NCBI GenBank assembly: GCA_965204745.1
Contig: OZ242010.1
Span: 224,001 to 288,000, forward strand
Reading direction: 5' to 3'
Source: Candidatus Latescibacterota bacterium
GTDB taxonomy: Bacteria; Latescibacterota; UBA2968
Length of the DNA: 64,000 nucleotides
The notes beneath the pieces are model-generated. The model saw only the letters and a program-made list of their open reading frames with translations. It did not search any database and was not told the DNA's origin. Positions within the stretch are counted from its first letter, which is position 1; every line of letters starts with the position of its first letter. Shown one piece after another: positions 8,438-19,457 of the stretch. Position numbers and translations under genes: made by a program.

Positions 8438-10873
8438 CTATTCATGCCGCAGGGCTTCTACCGGGTTCGTCAGTGCGGCGCGGAAGGCGTGATAGCCCAC
8501 GGTGAGCAGGGCGATCAGCAATGTGACCGCGCCGCTCCCCGCGAATATCCACCACGAGAGGTCCGTGCGGTACGCAAAGCCGTCCAGCCAGTTTCGCATG
8601 GCAAAATAGGCGATGGGGCAGGCCAACACGCTGGCGATCACGACCATCGCGGCAAATGTTCTGCAAATCAAAATCGCGATTTGAAACGCGCTCGCACCCA
8701 AAACTTTCCGCACCCCAATCTCTTTCACGCGCTGCTCAATCGCAAAAGCCGACAAGCCGAACAGGCCCATACACGCCAGCAAAATCGCCATACCCGCCGA
8801 GACCGCGGTCAGGGCTTGCGCCCGTCGCTCTCGATTGTACATGTCTTCAAAATGCTGGTCCCACATGGCGTGCTCAAAGGGCTGATCCGCAGGGGCGAAT
8901 CGCTTCCAAGTCTTTTCAAAAAACGCGAGCGTCTCTTCTATGTTTTCCGCTTTGACGCGCACGCCCAAGTTGTAAAACTGCTGTGACCGCAGGGTCAGCG
9001 CGACCGGGCCGATCTTCTCCCGCAATGGGCTGTAATGAAAATCTCGCACGACGCCGATCACGGTTCCCTTGCGATTGCGGGATCGATCCACCCACTCAAA
9101 GGTTTTGCCGATGGGATCGTCCCAGCCGAGTTTGGCAACCGCTGTTTCATTGATGACAAAAGCTGTTGACGTGTCTGTGGGAAAGGCGATGGGGTCGAAT
9201 TTGCGGCCTTGTACCAGTTCGATTTGAAACACATCCAAATAGTCCTCATCCACCTCCAAAAGGGGCATGCGCCAGTCCGTGCCGGCGTGTCCCTCTGCCC
9301 GAATGGTTCGGAGGATGCCCCCGCCCCAGCCGACCCACCAGCGATAGGCCGTGGCTTCGAGTGCATTTGGATGCGCGAGGAATGCTCGTTTCACCGTGGC
9401 ATAACGCGCCGCGAGCCGTCGCCCCACATCCGGTTCCGTCTCTTGATCGAGCACGAATATCGGCATCAGCACCATCTGATCCACATTGAATCCCAGGCGT
9501 TTGTCGGCGAGGTAATCGAGTTGCCGATAGATCGCTCCGGTGCTCGCGAGCAAGATGATCGAGATAGCAAATTGCGCGACCACCAGGCCCTTGCGGATCC
9601 ATTGCCCACGCGACCCTGCGCGAAACGCCCCCTTGAGCGTTTCCGTGGCTTCGTACGCGGACAGGAAAAACGCGGGATAGGCGCCTGCCAACAGCCCGAC
9701 GAGGATGGCGATGCCGAGCAGGGCAAAGGCAAAACCGCCCGTCAACTCGAGCGCGAGTTGACGGAAAAAGAACGCATTGAACGCGGGCAACGCGACTCGC
9801 ACCGCAATCAGCGCGAGCGCCAGCGCGACCAGGGCCGTGAGCATGGCCTCGCCCAAAAATTGCCCCATCAGTTGCAGGCGGTGCGCGCCGACCACTTTTC
9901 GCAACCCCACCTCGCGCGCCCTGCCCGCGGCCCGCGCCGTCGTCAGATTGGCGAAATTGATACCGCCTATCGCCAGCACCAAAAACGCAACCGCGCCAAA
10001 TTGATAGACGCGGTCGATATCCCCGTACCAGTCCAAATTGTAGTCCTTGCCCGAATACAAGTAGATGCGATGGAGCGGTTGCAGGTGGTACGCATTGGTG
10101 CGCGCGATCTCCGCGCCCATGTGGCGGTCGATAAATTCGGGCAATTTGGCGGCCAGCGCTTTTGGATCGGCCCCCTTGCGAAGCAGAAAATACGTATTGA
10201 CGGGCCGCCAGCCATCGGTGGGGATCCAATCTTCCCAAGCGTATTTCGATTCTTCAGCGATGCCGCCCGTTGCGATATAATCAATTTGATCGAATCCGAG
10301 CGTGGAATTGCGGGGCACATCTTTCAATACCGCCGCGACAACGCGCTCCCCGCCGAGGTGGTTGCTATCTACTGTGAATGACTTGCCGATGGGATCGCCA
10401 TCCCCAAACAATTGCTTTGCCGTCGATTCGGTGATGGCAATGGCGTTGGGATTGGGAAACGCGGTTTTGTGGTTGCCCCGCACAAATGGCAAATCGAAAA
10501 TCTCAAACAGTTCCGGATCGACGATGCAGGCGGACACTTGGAACTTTTTTTGATCCACGCGCACGTCAACCTCTCCTTGCCATAAGCGCGTGGCCTTTTC
10601 CACTTCCGGAAAATCCCGTGCGAGTGCCCCTGCAAGCGCGCCCGACGTGAAGGGCAAATAATCCGAGTGCCCCCCGGCGCGGGTCTCCCGAAGAACCCGA
10701 TAGATCCGATCCCCTTTCGCATGCCACCCGTCAAAGCTCAACTCATTCTGAATGTAGAGCACGATCAAAATGCAGGTGCCCAACCCAATGGCAAGCCCCA
10801 AAATATTGATCGCCCCAAAGGACTTTTGCCGCTTCAGATTCCGCAACGCGACGACCCAATAATTCCAAAACAT
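8438..10873 (-). CDS. MacB/FtsX-family ABC transporter permease
   Basis: INILGLAIG, RAREVGLRKVVGA, KEIGVRKVLGAS, NPVEALRHE. Confidence 0.9.
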   Translation of the reverse strand: MFWNYWVVALRNLKRQKSFGAINILGLAIGLGTCILIVLYIQNELSFDGWHAKGDRIYRVLRETRAGGHSDYLPFTSGALAGALARDFPEVEKATRLWQGEVDVRVDQKKFQVSACIVDPELFEIFDLPFVRGNHKTAFPNPNAIAITESTAKQLFGDGDPIGKSFTVDSNHLGGERVVAAVLKDVPRNSTLGFDQIDYIATGGIAEESKYAWEDWIPTDGWRPVNTYFLLRKGADPKALAAKLPEFIDRHMGAEIARTNAYHLQPLHRIYLYSGKDYNLDWYGDIDRVYQFGAVAFLVLAIGGINFANLTTARAAGRAREVGLRKVVGAHRLQLMGQFLGEAMLTALVALALALIAVRVALPAFNAFFFRQLALELTGGFAFALLGIAILVGLLAGAYPAFFLSAYEATETLKGAFRAGSRGQWIRKGLVVAQFAISIILLASTGAIYRQLDYLADKRLGFNVDQMVLMPIFVLDQETEPDVGRRLAARYATVKRAFLAHPNALEATAYRWWVGWGGGILRTIRAEGHAGTDWRMPLLEVDEDYLDVFQIELVQGRKFDPIAFPTDTSTAFVINETAVAKLGWDDPIGKTFEWVDRSRNRKGTVIGVVRDFHYSPLREKIGPVALTLRSQQFYNLGVRVKAENIEETLAFFEKTWKRFAPADQPFEHAMWDQHFEDMYNRERRAQALTAVSAGMAILLACMGLFGLSAFAIEQRVKEIGVRKVLGASAFQIAILICRTFAAMVVIASVLACPIAYFAMRNWLDGFAYRTDLSWWIFAGSGAVTLLIALLTVGYHAFRAALTNPVEALRHE

Positions 10874-10960
10874 CGCATCCCTCCGTCAAAAGCAGTGCGT
10901 ATTGCCCGCCCATCGCCTATTGGACACATCCAAATCCCCCTGGGTTTCTCTCGCCTCTCG

Positions 10961-11280
10961 CCTCTTGTATCTTCCTCGTAGGCACAGGCGTAGCCTACAA
11001 CGAAGCGTAGCGAGTAACGGGGCCAGGGGGTAGGTTCCACCTCGCAAAACCTATCCCCCCGGCCCCCTTTCCTACAAGGAAAGGGGGAGCACATGGCTTT
11101 CTTAAAGGTTTGTATCCATGGTTGTTCTGATGGCTTTGAGCGAATGGATAATGCCATAGAAACCCAAACCCCGCTCGCGCAAGCCCTCGCAAGACCTATC
11201 GCCATTTCCCCCTTCCTCGTAGGCACAGGCGTAGCCTACAACGAAGCGTAGCGAGTAACGGGGCTAGGGGGTAGGTTCCA
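10961..11280. repeat. composite palindromic repeat block with two copies of a ~70-bp unit (10971-11039, 11212-11280)
   Basis: CTTCCTCGTAGGCACAGGCGTAGCCTACAACGAAGCG... duplicated; same family at 19620-20040, 51595-51850, 56715-57012. Confidence 0.85.
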
Positions 11281-11285
11281 ATTTC

Positions 11286-11328
11286 AAAAAGTAAAGCCCG
11301 AGTTCCCTGTGAACCCGGGCTTTACTTT
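11286..11328. terminator. intrinsic terminator of large surface-protein locus A
   Basis: GTAAAGCCCGAGTTC/GAACCCGGGCTTTAC stem with A/T flanks. Confidence 0.8.
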
Positions 11329-11349
11329 GTTTTTTGCGTCTTTCGTCGT

Positions 11350-11550
11350 TCAGCCTGTCGAGCCAAAGTCGGCGACGAAGATGAGGAAATCGGAGAATCC
11401 AATCTCGCCATCGCCATTGAGATCGCACCGGGCGTCATATCGCTCCTGTCCGAGCCGCGATCCAAACTTATCCGCAAAGGTCAAGAAGTCGGCGAAATTC
11501 ACATTGCCATCGCCATTGCCATCTGTGGCGGTCAAGGAATAGGCTTTCAT
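11350..11550 (-). pseudogene. dockerin/EF-hand-like C-terminal remnant ORF
   Basis: DGNGDGNVNFADFL and DLNGDGEIGFSDFL motifs; no signal peptide; ATGA overlap with upstream gene. Confidence 0.6.
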
Positions 11551-14500
11551 TGGAAGTGGGAGGCGGGATAGAGGCTTCGGATGTAGGGTTCAATTTCTTG
11601 AGCGGTCGTGCGCGTGGCAGTTGGCTCGATGACGTTCCCTCTGAGGAGGGCCTCGTTCCGGAAGAAGAGGACATATCGAATGATCAGGATTATATCCGAG
11701 AACAGCCTCACATCGCCATCGCCATCCACATCGAGAATGTTCTGACCGACCAACGTGTCGAGGTAGGGGGTAATGGTTTGCGGGGTCGTGCGCGTGGCAT
11801 CTGGCTCGATGACGTTCCCTCTGACGAGGGCCTCTTCCCGGAAGAAGAGGACGTATCGAATGACCAGGATTATATCCGAGAACAATCTCACCCGGCCATC
11901 GCCATCCACATCCAAGTTGGCACTCGGGGTTTCGTCATCGGTCAGGGTCAGGGTCACGGGTGCGGGTGCGGTGATGCCTTGGGCGTTGTTTGCGGTTGCA
12001 GACACCGTGACCGTCTTCTCGTCTGCCTGGTCGTTGTTGTCCTCTGCGGTGATCGTCACGGTGCCCGTGCTCGTTGTGGTCGTCACCGCGATGATCAGGG
12101 TGTCTGCACTCGATAGCGTGAAGTCGCTCGCAGTCGCAGGGGACACAGGCGTAGCAGAGACCGTGATCGTCGTGATCGCGCTCGATGGATGCGATAGGGT
12201 CGCCGTGATCGTGGAAACCTCGGCGTTTTCCGAGATGGACGAGGGCATCAGCACCAACGTCACGGTCGGCGCATCTTCATCGTCGGTCGTCGTCACTGGA
12301 ACATCCTCATCCGAAAGGGTGTTGTAGTTGGCATCGCCGCTTGACGAGGCGAGTCGCACCGTCCAGGTGACGTTCCCGTCGTCGATGATGTCGTCTTGCC
12401 CGGTCACGGTCACGGTTTGTGCCGTGTTATAGCCTGACGTCGTGAAGGTCAGCATCGCAGGCTCAACCCGCCCCTCGCTCGGGTCTTGGCTCGTCACCGA
12501 AATCGTCACCGCCGCCGTGGGTTGCGTCAGCAGGGCCACCGTGAAGGTCGCCGAGCCACCGGCCTCTGTGGCCTGCCCGGTCACCGCGCTGATGTCCAAG
12601 CCGAAATCGTTATCGCGGTTGACCATGTACACGATGATCGCGGAGAGCGCGTCGTAGTTGGTGTCCTGCGTATCCGTCTGGTTCACCGAAAGGGTGACCG
12701 TATAGTTCTGGTTGCCATCGACGTTGTTGGCGGGGGCATCGTCCTGTCCGGTCACGGTCACGGTTTGTGCCGTGTTCCATGTTGTCGATGAGAAGGTCAG
12801 CACCGAGGGCGATACAGTACCTTCCGTCGTGTCTGAACTGACCACCGAGAGTGCCACATTTCCGGTTGGCTCGGAGGCGAGCGTGACCGTGAAGGTCTCT
12901 GCCCTGCCCGACTCTGTCGTGTGGAGCCTGACCGTCGTCGTGGTCATCGCCGACACCTCAATCGCCGCCTCGTCGTCATCGGTGATCGTCAGCGTCACAG
13001 CCTGCACGGTGCCCGCGCCGTGGTCGTTCTCCACAGCAGCGGTCTGCACCATCACCGCGTTGTCTGATGCGTCTATGTCGTTGTCCACGGCGGTGAGTGC
13101 CACCGTGTCCGTCGCGTTCGCCGTGCTCCCAGCCGCGATGGTGATCGTCGAATCCGACCCTACGGTATAAGCATTCGCCACCGGGCGTACCGTGATCGTT
13201 GTCGCCGCGCTCGATGGGTGTGTCAGCGTCGCGCTCACCGTGCTCACGCCGCCGGCCTCCGAGATGGACGCGGGCGACAGCATTAGTGTCACGTCCGGCG
13301 CGGCGTCATCGTCTGTGATCGTCAAAGCCGTGCCGGTCACACTGCCTGCGCCTTGGTCATTGCTCACCGCAACAGACACGGTCACGTCGCGATTAGGCGC
13401 GTCTTGGGTGTTGTTCACCGCTGTAATGACCACGGTATCCGACGCGTTCGCCGTGCTCCCGGCCGCGATGGTGATCGTCGAATCCGACCCCACCGTGTAA
13501 GCACCGGTCACAGGGCGCACCGTGATCGTCGTTGCCGCGCTCGACTTGTGAGACAGCGTCGCTGTCACCGTCGAAACACCGCCGTTCTCTGCAATCGACG
13601 CGGGCGACAGCGTCAGTGCCACATCCGGCGCGGCCTCATCATCGGTGATCGTCAGCGTCACGTTAGACGATAGCACCGCCCCATTGCCACCTGCCACCGT
13701 TGCAGACACGGTCACGCGCTTGTCCGGTGCATCGGTCGTATCGTTCACCGATGTGATCGTCACGGTGCCCGTGCTCGTCGTCACATTCGCCGCGAAGGTC
13801 AGCGTGGTCGCGGTCGATAGCGTAAAATCGCCCGCAACCGCAGGGGCCACCGCGGTCGCTGAAACCGTGACCGTCGTCGCCATGTTTGTGATGCGATCCA
13901 GCGTCGCCGTGATCGTGGAAACCTGGGCATTCTCCGTAATCGACGAAGGAGTCAAAACCAACGTCACGTTCGGCACGTCGTCATCGGTCAGCGTCAGCGT
14001 CACATCAGTGACCGATCCCGTGCCTACGCTGTTGGTTAGCGTACTCGACACGGTCACCGTCTTGTTCCCCGTAGCATCGGCGTTATCCTCCCCTGTGATC
14101 GTCACGGTGCCCGCGCTCATCGTTTGCCCCGCCGCGACGGTCAGCGTGGGCGGCGTACTCAGCATGTAGTCGGCCGGAACCGCAGGTGACACAGGCGCCA
14201 CTGTCACCGTAATCGTCGTCGGATGGCTCGACGTGTGAGACAGCCTCGCGGTCACGGTCGAGACACCGCCGTTCTCCGTAATTGACCCATCAGACAAAAC
14301 CATCGTCACGTCCGGCGCAGCGTCGTCGTCCGTCAGCATTATAGTGCCGGTCACACTACCCGCGCCTTGGGCGTTGCGCGACACAGCGGATATGGTCACG
14401 GTGCGAGCAAGCTCGTCTCGGGTGTTGTCCAACGTTGTGATGACCACCGTGTCCGACGCGTTTATCGTGTCCCCGGCCGCGATAGTGATCGTCGTATCCG

Positions 14501-17500
14501 CCGATATCACCGCGTAAGCACCGGTCACCGAGCGCACCGTGATCGTCGTCGCCGCGCTCGATGGACGCGAGAGCGACGCCGTGACCGTCGCCGCCTCGCC
14601 GTTCTCCGAAATCGACGCGGGATTCGGCGTCAGCGTCACCATCGGCGCAAGGTCGTCGTCGGTGATCGTCAAAGTGCCGGTCACCCTGCCCGAGACTTGG
14701 CTGTTGTGCATCACAGCGGACATGGTCACGTCGCGATTAGGCTCGTCTTGGGTGTTGTCCACCGCTGTGATGACCACCGTATCCGACGCGTTCGCAGTGC
14801 TCCCGGCCGGTATGGTGATCGTCGAATCCGCACCCACCGTGTAAGCATCCGCCACTGGGCGCACCGTGATCGTCGTTGCCGCGCTCAACGACCGTGACAG
14901 CGTCGCGGTCACGGTGCTCATCCCACCGCTTTCCGAGATCGACGAGGGCGTCAGTGCCAACGTCACGACCGCGGGTTGGAGCTGAAATTGCACGGTGGTG
15001 TCCAGGCCGGCATACTTCAAGGCCGGATACTGATCCATCGCGCCAAAGGTCCACGGATCGTCGTTGCCGGGTTGTCCGTCTATGTTGGCGTTCCAGCCGT
15101 AGTAGGTGTCGTTGGTGGTGGCACCGTAGGTGGTGGGGCTCTGGAGCTCGCTGGTCGTCTTGCCCGCCGCGCCGCTACCGCCGAAGCTCGTTGGGCGCCC
15201 GCTGGTTGTGGTGTCCCAGTAGCTATCGGTAACCGTGCCCGTGCCGGCATTCGACTCGCCCAACAACCCGCCGATAGATGTCATCGACCCGCTGGAGAGG
15301 CTGACCGCGCCGGTGGAGTAGGAGTTTGTTATGGAGCCGGCGGCGGCTTTTGAGCCTACCAGCCCACCGAGGTTCTGAGTCGCGCTGACGGATGCGAGGG
15401 AGTAGCTTGTAGAAATGGAGCCTCCGGTCCAGCCGACCAGACCGCCGACGACATTGTCGCCCGTCATGCGACCGGTGGTGTAGCAGGCGACGATTTCGCC
15501 GCGATTGCCGCCGACCAGAATGGCACTAAAGTCGTCTGCCGTAACATCGGCGTCGGTTACGCCCAGCGACTCGATGCGGGAGTTGGTGCCGGTGCCGCCG
15601 AACAGTGCTTGGTAGCTAACGGTGTTGCGGCTGATGAACAGGTTTTGGACGGTGTAGCCGTTGCCTTTGAAATCGCCTGTGTATCGTAACGCTGGGCTGG
15701 CGTCGGAGCCGATGGGCATCCAGCCTTGGCCGCTATTCCAGTAGGCGGCGTCTGCTGAGGTGATTGCGCCATCGTTGTTCTCGTCAAAGTCCAGGTTGTT
15801 GAGCAGTTCGTAGCCAGTGCAACCGCTGGAAGGGCAACCCTTGCTCGCTGACAAGTTCCCGTTGGGAAAGGCGGCGTTGTAGGTGGTCGTATCGGCGGTC
15901 GTGGCACTTGAGTCTATGGCACCATCGCCATTGATATCCCAGCGCATGGCATGCAGTTGGGCCAAGGTCGAGACCTCGAGGAGGCCATCGCTATCCGTGT
16001 CGTAATTCACGGGTTGGGCAGCGTACTGCGCCGTGGTGTCCAGGCCGGCAAACGTCAAGACCGGATACTGCTTTGTCGTGCCAAAGGTCCAGGGATCATC
16101 ATCGTTGGTCCCCGAAGCATCTATGGTCAGATCGTCCCAGTTGGCATAGATGCCGCTCGCAGACGTGATCGATTGTAAGTCGGAGGTCAGCTTGCCCTCC
16201 GGCGCAACAGTATCGCTATCATCGGCAATGTCGCTTGTTTGCGTGTCCCAGTAGCTATCGGTCACTGTACCAGCCGAACTGCCCACCAACCCGCCTTTCG
16301 TGCCGGCACCCGTGACTGCGCCCGTCGCGTAACTGGCGGTCACGCCACCGCCGCTCGCGATTTGACCCACCAACCCGCCGGCCACCGCGTTGCTGTGTCC
16401 CGCGAACACAGAGCCCAGCGCGTAAGACGCCACCACCTCGGTCTGATCGGTCAGCCAACCCACCAAACCGCCGGCCAATCCGTCACTCGTCACATGTGCA
16501 GGAACCCGCACAGAGACGAGCGCGTAGCTGCTCACAATGCGATTAGTGCCCGAAGTGCGATAAGACCGACCAACCAAACCACCCACACCCCACCGCGACC
16601 CCGAAACGCGACCCGTCACATAACACGACGAGATGGTGCCCCCACCACCTTGATTACCGGTCAGACCACCCACGCGGTCAGCACCGGTCACATTCACATT
16701 CAACAACCCCAACCCCGAAACATCGCCATCAACCGCATGGAACAATCCTGTATTATGCCGAGACCCCCGGTTGATGTACAAGTGGGAGATCGTCTTGTTG
16801 TTGCCTTTGAACGTGCCGCCGTAAGGCCCCACAGGGTCCCAGCCGGCGCCGCCATTCCAGTAGGTGGCGTCTGCTTGGGTGATCGCGCCGTCGTTGTTCT
16901 CGTCAAAGTCCAAGTTGTTGAGCAACTCGTAGCCGATGCAACCTGTGGAAGGGCAACCCTTGCTCGCTGACAAGTTCCCGTTGGGAAAGGCGGCGTTGTA
17001 GGTCATGGCATCACTATCGGCGACGACCCCATCGCCATTGAGATCCCAGCGCATGGCATGCAGTTGGGCCAAGGTCGAGACCTCGAGGAGGCCATCGCTA
17101 TCCGTGTCGTAATGCACGGGTTGGGTAGCGAACTGCGCCGTGGTGTCCAGGCCGGCAAACTTCAAGGCCGGATACTGCTTTGTCGTGCCAAAGGTCCAGG
17201 GATCATCATTGTTGGTCCCCGAAGCATCTATGGTCAGATCGTCCCAGTTGGCATAGATGCCGCTCGCAGACGTGACCGATTGTAAGTCGGAGGTCAACTT
17301 GCCCTCCGGCGCAACAGTATCGCTATCATCGGCAATGTCGCTTGTTTGCGTGTCCCAGTAGCTATCGGTCACTGTACCTGAGTTTTCCGCCAGCCCATGC
17401 TTGTGCAGGCAGGCCCCCGTCACTGATCCCAGCGAGTAGCTCGACGCGATCGTCGCACCCGAACCATTGGCACCTACCAACCCTCCGCCAGTGCCCCACG

Positions 17501-19184
17501 GCCCCGACTGATTGCACACCACAGACGCCGTGGCGTAACTCGCCACGATGTACGACCCCCTCTGAGCGGCGCCCACCAACCCGCCGACATTGGTGTTCGC
17601 CGTGACCGACCCCGTGACGTAACTCGCCGCGATCCGACCCTTGTTCAGACCCACCAGCGCGCCCACCGTGCCCTGACCCGTATTGATCACCGCGTTGACC
17701 AACCCCAAAGAGCGGATGTGGGCAGTGGTATCCGTGCTTGCGAAAAATCCCGAATAGTTGGTGTAGCGGTTGATGTACAGGTGGGAGATCCTCTTGCCGT
17801 TGCCCTCAAATGTGGCGGTGTATGGGGCGGTGTTGCTACTGCCGATGGGTGCCCAGCCCGCGCCGCCATTCCAGTAGGTGGTGTCTGCTTGGGTGATTGC
17901 GCCGTCGTTGTTCTCGTCAAAATCCAAGTTGTTGAGCAACTCGTAGCCGGTGCAGGTCCCGGACGGGCAACCCATCCGGCCGCTACTGGTGGTGTCGTGG
18001 CTGGGAAAGGCGGCGGCATAATCGGCGTGGGTAGCGTCGCCATTGCCGTTGAGGTCGTGGCGAATGGCGTTGAGTTGCGCCAAGGTGGTGATGTCAATCA
18101 GGCCGTCGTTGTCGTCGTCGTAGTCAATCCCAACCACGGAAGGACTGACGTACTTCAGTACCGGGTACTGACTACTGGTGCCGAAGTTCCACGGATCGTC
18201 TCTGCCTTGGCTATCGCCGGTGGCAGTATTGCCATCCAAGTTCAGGTTCCAGTTGGCGTAGATGCCGGTGTAGCCAGTGGGATTTTGGAGATTGCTGGTG
18301 GACTGACCGCTACCTATTAAGATTGACCCTGAAGCTTTTGAGGAGTCCCAGTAGCTGTTCGACGCGCTACCTCCGGCTTCGTCCCCGACTAATCCGCCGG
18401 GAGAACCACCGGTGCTGAGGGTACCTGCGAAGTACGAATTTGTTATAGTGACATCGCCCCACACCTCGCCTACCAAACCGCCGATTGAGCTTTGGTTGTT
18501 GGTGGATGTAACGGATGCATGGGAGTAGCTAGTTGAGATACTTCCTGTGCCAGCCCGGCCGACTAATCCAGAAAGTCTTCCTCCGCCCGTCAGTGTGCCG
18601 GTGGTGTAGCAGGCGACGATTGTGCCGGAATTTTGGGATACCAGAATGCCGCCCCGGTTTTTTAACGTAACATTGGCGTTGATGATGCCGAGGGTTTCGA
18701 CGCGGGAGCTGGATCCAAATTGGGAGAACAGTCCGATATAGTTGGTGGAGCTACGGTTGATGAACAGGTTGTCGATAGTGTGGCTATTGCCCTTGAAATT
18801 GCCCGTGTAGGTACCACCTATGGGTAGCCATCCGGCGCCGCTGTTGTAGTAGGCGTCGCCGGAGTCTGTGCCGATGGTGCCGTCGCCGTCGGTGTCTAGG
18901 TCAATGTTGGCGGTGAGTTCGTAGCCGACGCAGGTAGTGAGGCAACCCATGCCTGTGGCGGCGTTGGGGAATGCGGCGTTGTAGTTCGCAGTATCCGTAG
19001 CGGCTACGACCCCATCGCCGTTGAGGTCCCAGCGAATGGCGTTGAGTTGGGCGTGGCCGGACACCTCAATGTAGTTGTCGTTGTCCGTGTCGTAGTCGAC
19101 GGTGGTTTGGGCAAAAGCAGGCCCTGATGCCACCAGCATGCCCAACGCGACCAGGGCCAACAAGCGAGCGTAGCGGGGCATCAT
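11547..19184 (-). CDS. giant secreted/surface protein: 4 GLUG-repeat modules, Calx-beta/Ig-like stalk repeats, C-terminal twin DVDGDG domain
   Basis: Signal peptide (AFA-Q), repeated GGLVG, YWD, QYPxLKY, TLTITDDD motifs; 2545 aa. Confidence 0.85.
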   Translation of the reverse strand: MMPRYARLLALVALGMLVASGPAFAQTTVDYDTDNDNYIEVSGHAQLNAIRWDLNGDGVVAATDTANYNAAFPNAATGMGCLTTCVGYELTANIDLDTDGDGTIGTDSGDAYYNSGAGWLPIGGTYTGNFKGNSHTIDNLFINRSSTNYIGLFSQFGSSSRVETLGIINANVTLKNRGGILVSQNSGTIVACYTTGTLTGGGRLSGLVGRAGTGSISTSYSHASVTSTNNQSSIGGLVGEVWGDVTITNSYFAGTLSTGGSPGGLVGDEAGGSASNSYWDSSKASGSILIGSGQSTSNLQNPTGYTGIYANWNLNLDGNTATGDSQGRDDPWNFGTSSQYPVLKYVSPSVVGIDYDDDNDGLIDITTLAQLNAIRHDLNGNGDATHADYAAAFPSHDTTSSGRMGCPSGTCTGYELLNNLDFDENNDGAITQADTTYWNGGAGWAPIGSSNTAPYTATFEGNGKRISHLYINRYTNYSGFFASTDTTAHIRSLGLVNAVINTGQGTVGALVGLNKGRIAASYVTGSVTANTNVGGLVGAAQRGSYIVASYATASVVCNQSGPWGTGGGLVGANGSGATIASSYSLGSVTGACLHKHGLAENSGTVTDSYWDTQTSDIADDSDTVAPEGKLTSDLQSVTSASGIYANWDDLTIDASGTNNDDPWTFGTTKQYPALKFAGLDTTAQFATQPVHYDTDSDGLLEVSTLAQLHAMRWDLNGDGVVADSDAMTYNAAFPNGNLSASKGCPSTGCIGYELLNNLDFDENNDGAITQADATYWNGGAGWDPVGPYGGTFKGNNKTISHLYINRGSRHNTGLFHAVDGDVSGLGLLNVNVTGADRVGGLTGNQGGGGTISSCYVTGRVSGSRWGVGGLVGRSYRTSGTNRIVSSYALVSVRVPAHVTSDGLAGGLVGWLTDQTEVVASYALGSVFAGHSNAVAGGLVGQIASGGGVTASYATGAVTGAGTKGGLVGSSAGTVTDSYWDTQTSDIADDSDTVAPEGKLTSDLQSITSASGIYANWDDLTIDASGTNDDDPWTFGTTKQYPVLTFAGLDTTAQYAAQPVNYDTDSDGLLEVSTLAQLHAMRWDINGDGAIDSSATTADTTTYNAAFPNGNLSASKGCPSSGCTGYELLNNLDFDENNDGAITSADAAYWNSGQGWMPIGSDASPALRYTGDFKGNGYTVQNLFISRNTVSYQALFGGTGTNSRIESLGVTDADVTADDFSAILVGGNRGEIVACYTTGRMTGDNVVGGLVGWTGGSISTSYSLASVSATQNLGGLVGSKAAAGSITNSYSTGAVSLSSGSMTSIGGLLGESNAGTGTVTDSYWDTTTSGRPTSFGGSGAAGKTTSELQSPTTYGATTNDTYYGWNANIDGQPGNDDPWTFGAMDQYPALKYAGLDTTVQFQLQPAVVTLALTPSSISESGGMSTVTATLSRSLSAATTITVRPVADAYTVGADSTITIPAGSTANASDTVVITAVDNTQDEPNRDVTMSAVMHNSQVSGRVTGTLTITDDDLAPMVTLTPNPASISENGEAATVTASLSRPSSAATTITVRSVTGAYAVISADTTITIAAGDTINASDTVVITTLDNTRDELARTVTISAVSRNAQGAGSVTGTIMLTDDDAAPDVTMVLSDGSITENGGVSTVTARLSHTSSHPTTITVTVAPVSPAVPADYMLSTPPTLTVAAGQTMSAGTVTITGEDNADATGNKTVTVSSTLTNSVGTGSVTDVTLTLTDDDVPNVTLVLTPSSITENAQVSTITATLDRITNMATTVTVSATAVAPAVAGDFTLSTATTLTFAANVTTSTGTVTITSVNDTTDAPDKRVTVSATVAGGNGAVLSSNVTLTITDDEAAPDVALTLSPASIAENGGVSTVTATLSHKSSAATTITVRPVTGAYTVGSDSTITIAAGSTANASDTVVITAVNNTQDAPNRDVTVSVAVSNDQGAGSVTGTALTITDDDAAPDVTLMLSPASISEAGGVSTVSATLTHPSSAATTITVRPVANAYTVGSDSTITIAAGSTANATDTVALTAVDNDIDASDNAVMVQTAAVENDHGAGTVQAVTLTITDDDEAAIEVSAMTTTTVRLHTTESGRAETFTVTLASEPTGNVALSVVSSDTTEGTVSPSVLTFSSTTWNTAQTVTVTGQDDAPANNVDGNQNYTVTLSVNQTDTQDTNYDALSAIIVYMVNRDNDFGLDISAVTGQATEAGGSATFTVALLTQPTAAVTISVTSQDPSEGRVEPAMLTFTTSGYNTAQTVTVTGQDDIIDDGNVTWTVRLASSSGDANYNTLSDEDVPVTTTDDEDAPTVTLVLMPSSISENAEVSTITATLSHPSSAITTITVSATPVSPATASDFTLSSADTLIIAVTTTTSTGTVTITAEDNNDQADEKTVTVSATANNAQGITAPAPVTLTLTDDETPSANLDVDGDGRVRLFSDIILVIRYVLFFREEALVRGNVIEPDATRTTPQTITPYLDTLVGQNILDVDGDGDVRLFSDIILIIRYVLFFRNEALLRGNVIEPTATRTTAQEIEPYIRSLYPASHFQ

Positions 19185-19371
19185 TTTGTCCCCCTCTCGA
19201 GGGGGGGGGGGGGGGGGGGGGGTACACTGTACTGATCATCCTAACAGACTGCTTTGCAATGAAATAGAAGCACACGCCAAGACGAGAATGGGCACCATGA
19301 ACCGCTCTTTTCGCGGAAAAAACATAGGACCAAATGAGGTTCAAACAGCGGCTGAAAATGGCGGTGATCAT
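19066..19371 (-). CDS. putative leader ORF containing the homopolymer tract
   Basis: AAGGAGG SD 6 nt before ATG; conserved in paralogous locus; translation unproven. Confidence 0.45.
   Translation of the reverse strand: MITAIFSRCLNLIWSYVFSAKRAVHGAHSRLGVCFYFIAKQSVRMISTVYPPPPPPPSRGGQNDAPLRSLVGPGRVGHAGGIRACFCPNHRRLRHGQRQLH
19201..19222. repeat. G22 homopolymer (C22 on coding strand) 16 nt upstream of main ATG
   Basis: Seen directly. Confidence 0.9.
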
Positions 19372-19457
19372 CCGGAGCCTCCTTTGCAAAAGCACTGTCG
19401 CACAGACCGGGCGCGGCTTTTCCTCCGCGCTCAAAATCGAAATAGCGAATGGGTAAA

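Noticed and set aside
11547-19184. Diversity-generating retroelement target
   Set aside because: No reverse transcriptase in window; differences between repeats are not evidently adenine-specific
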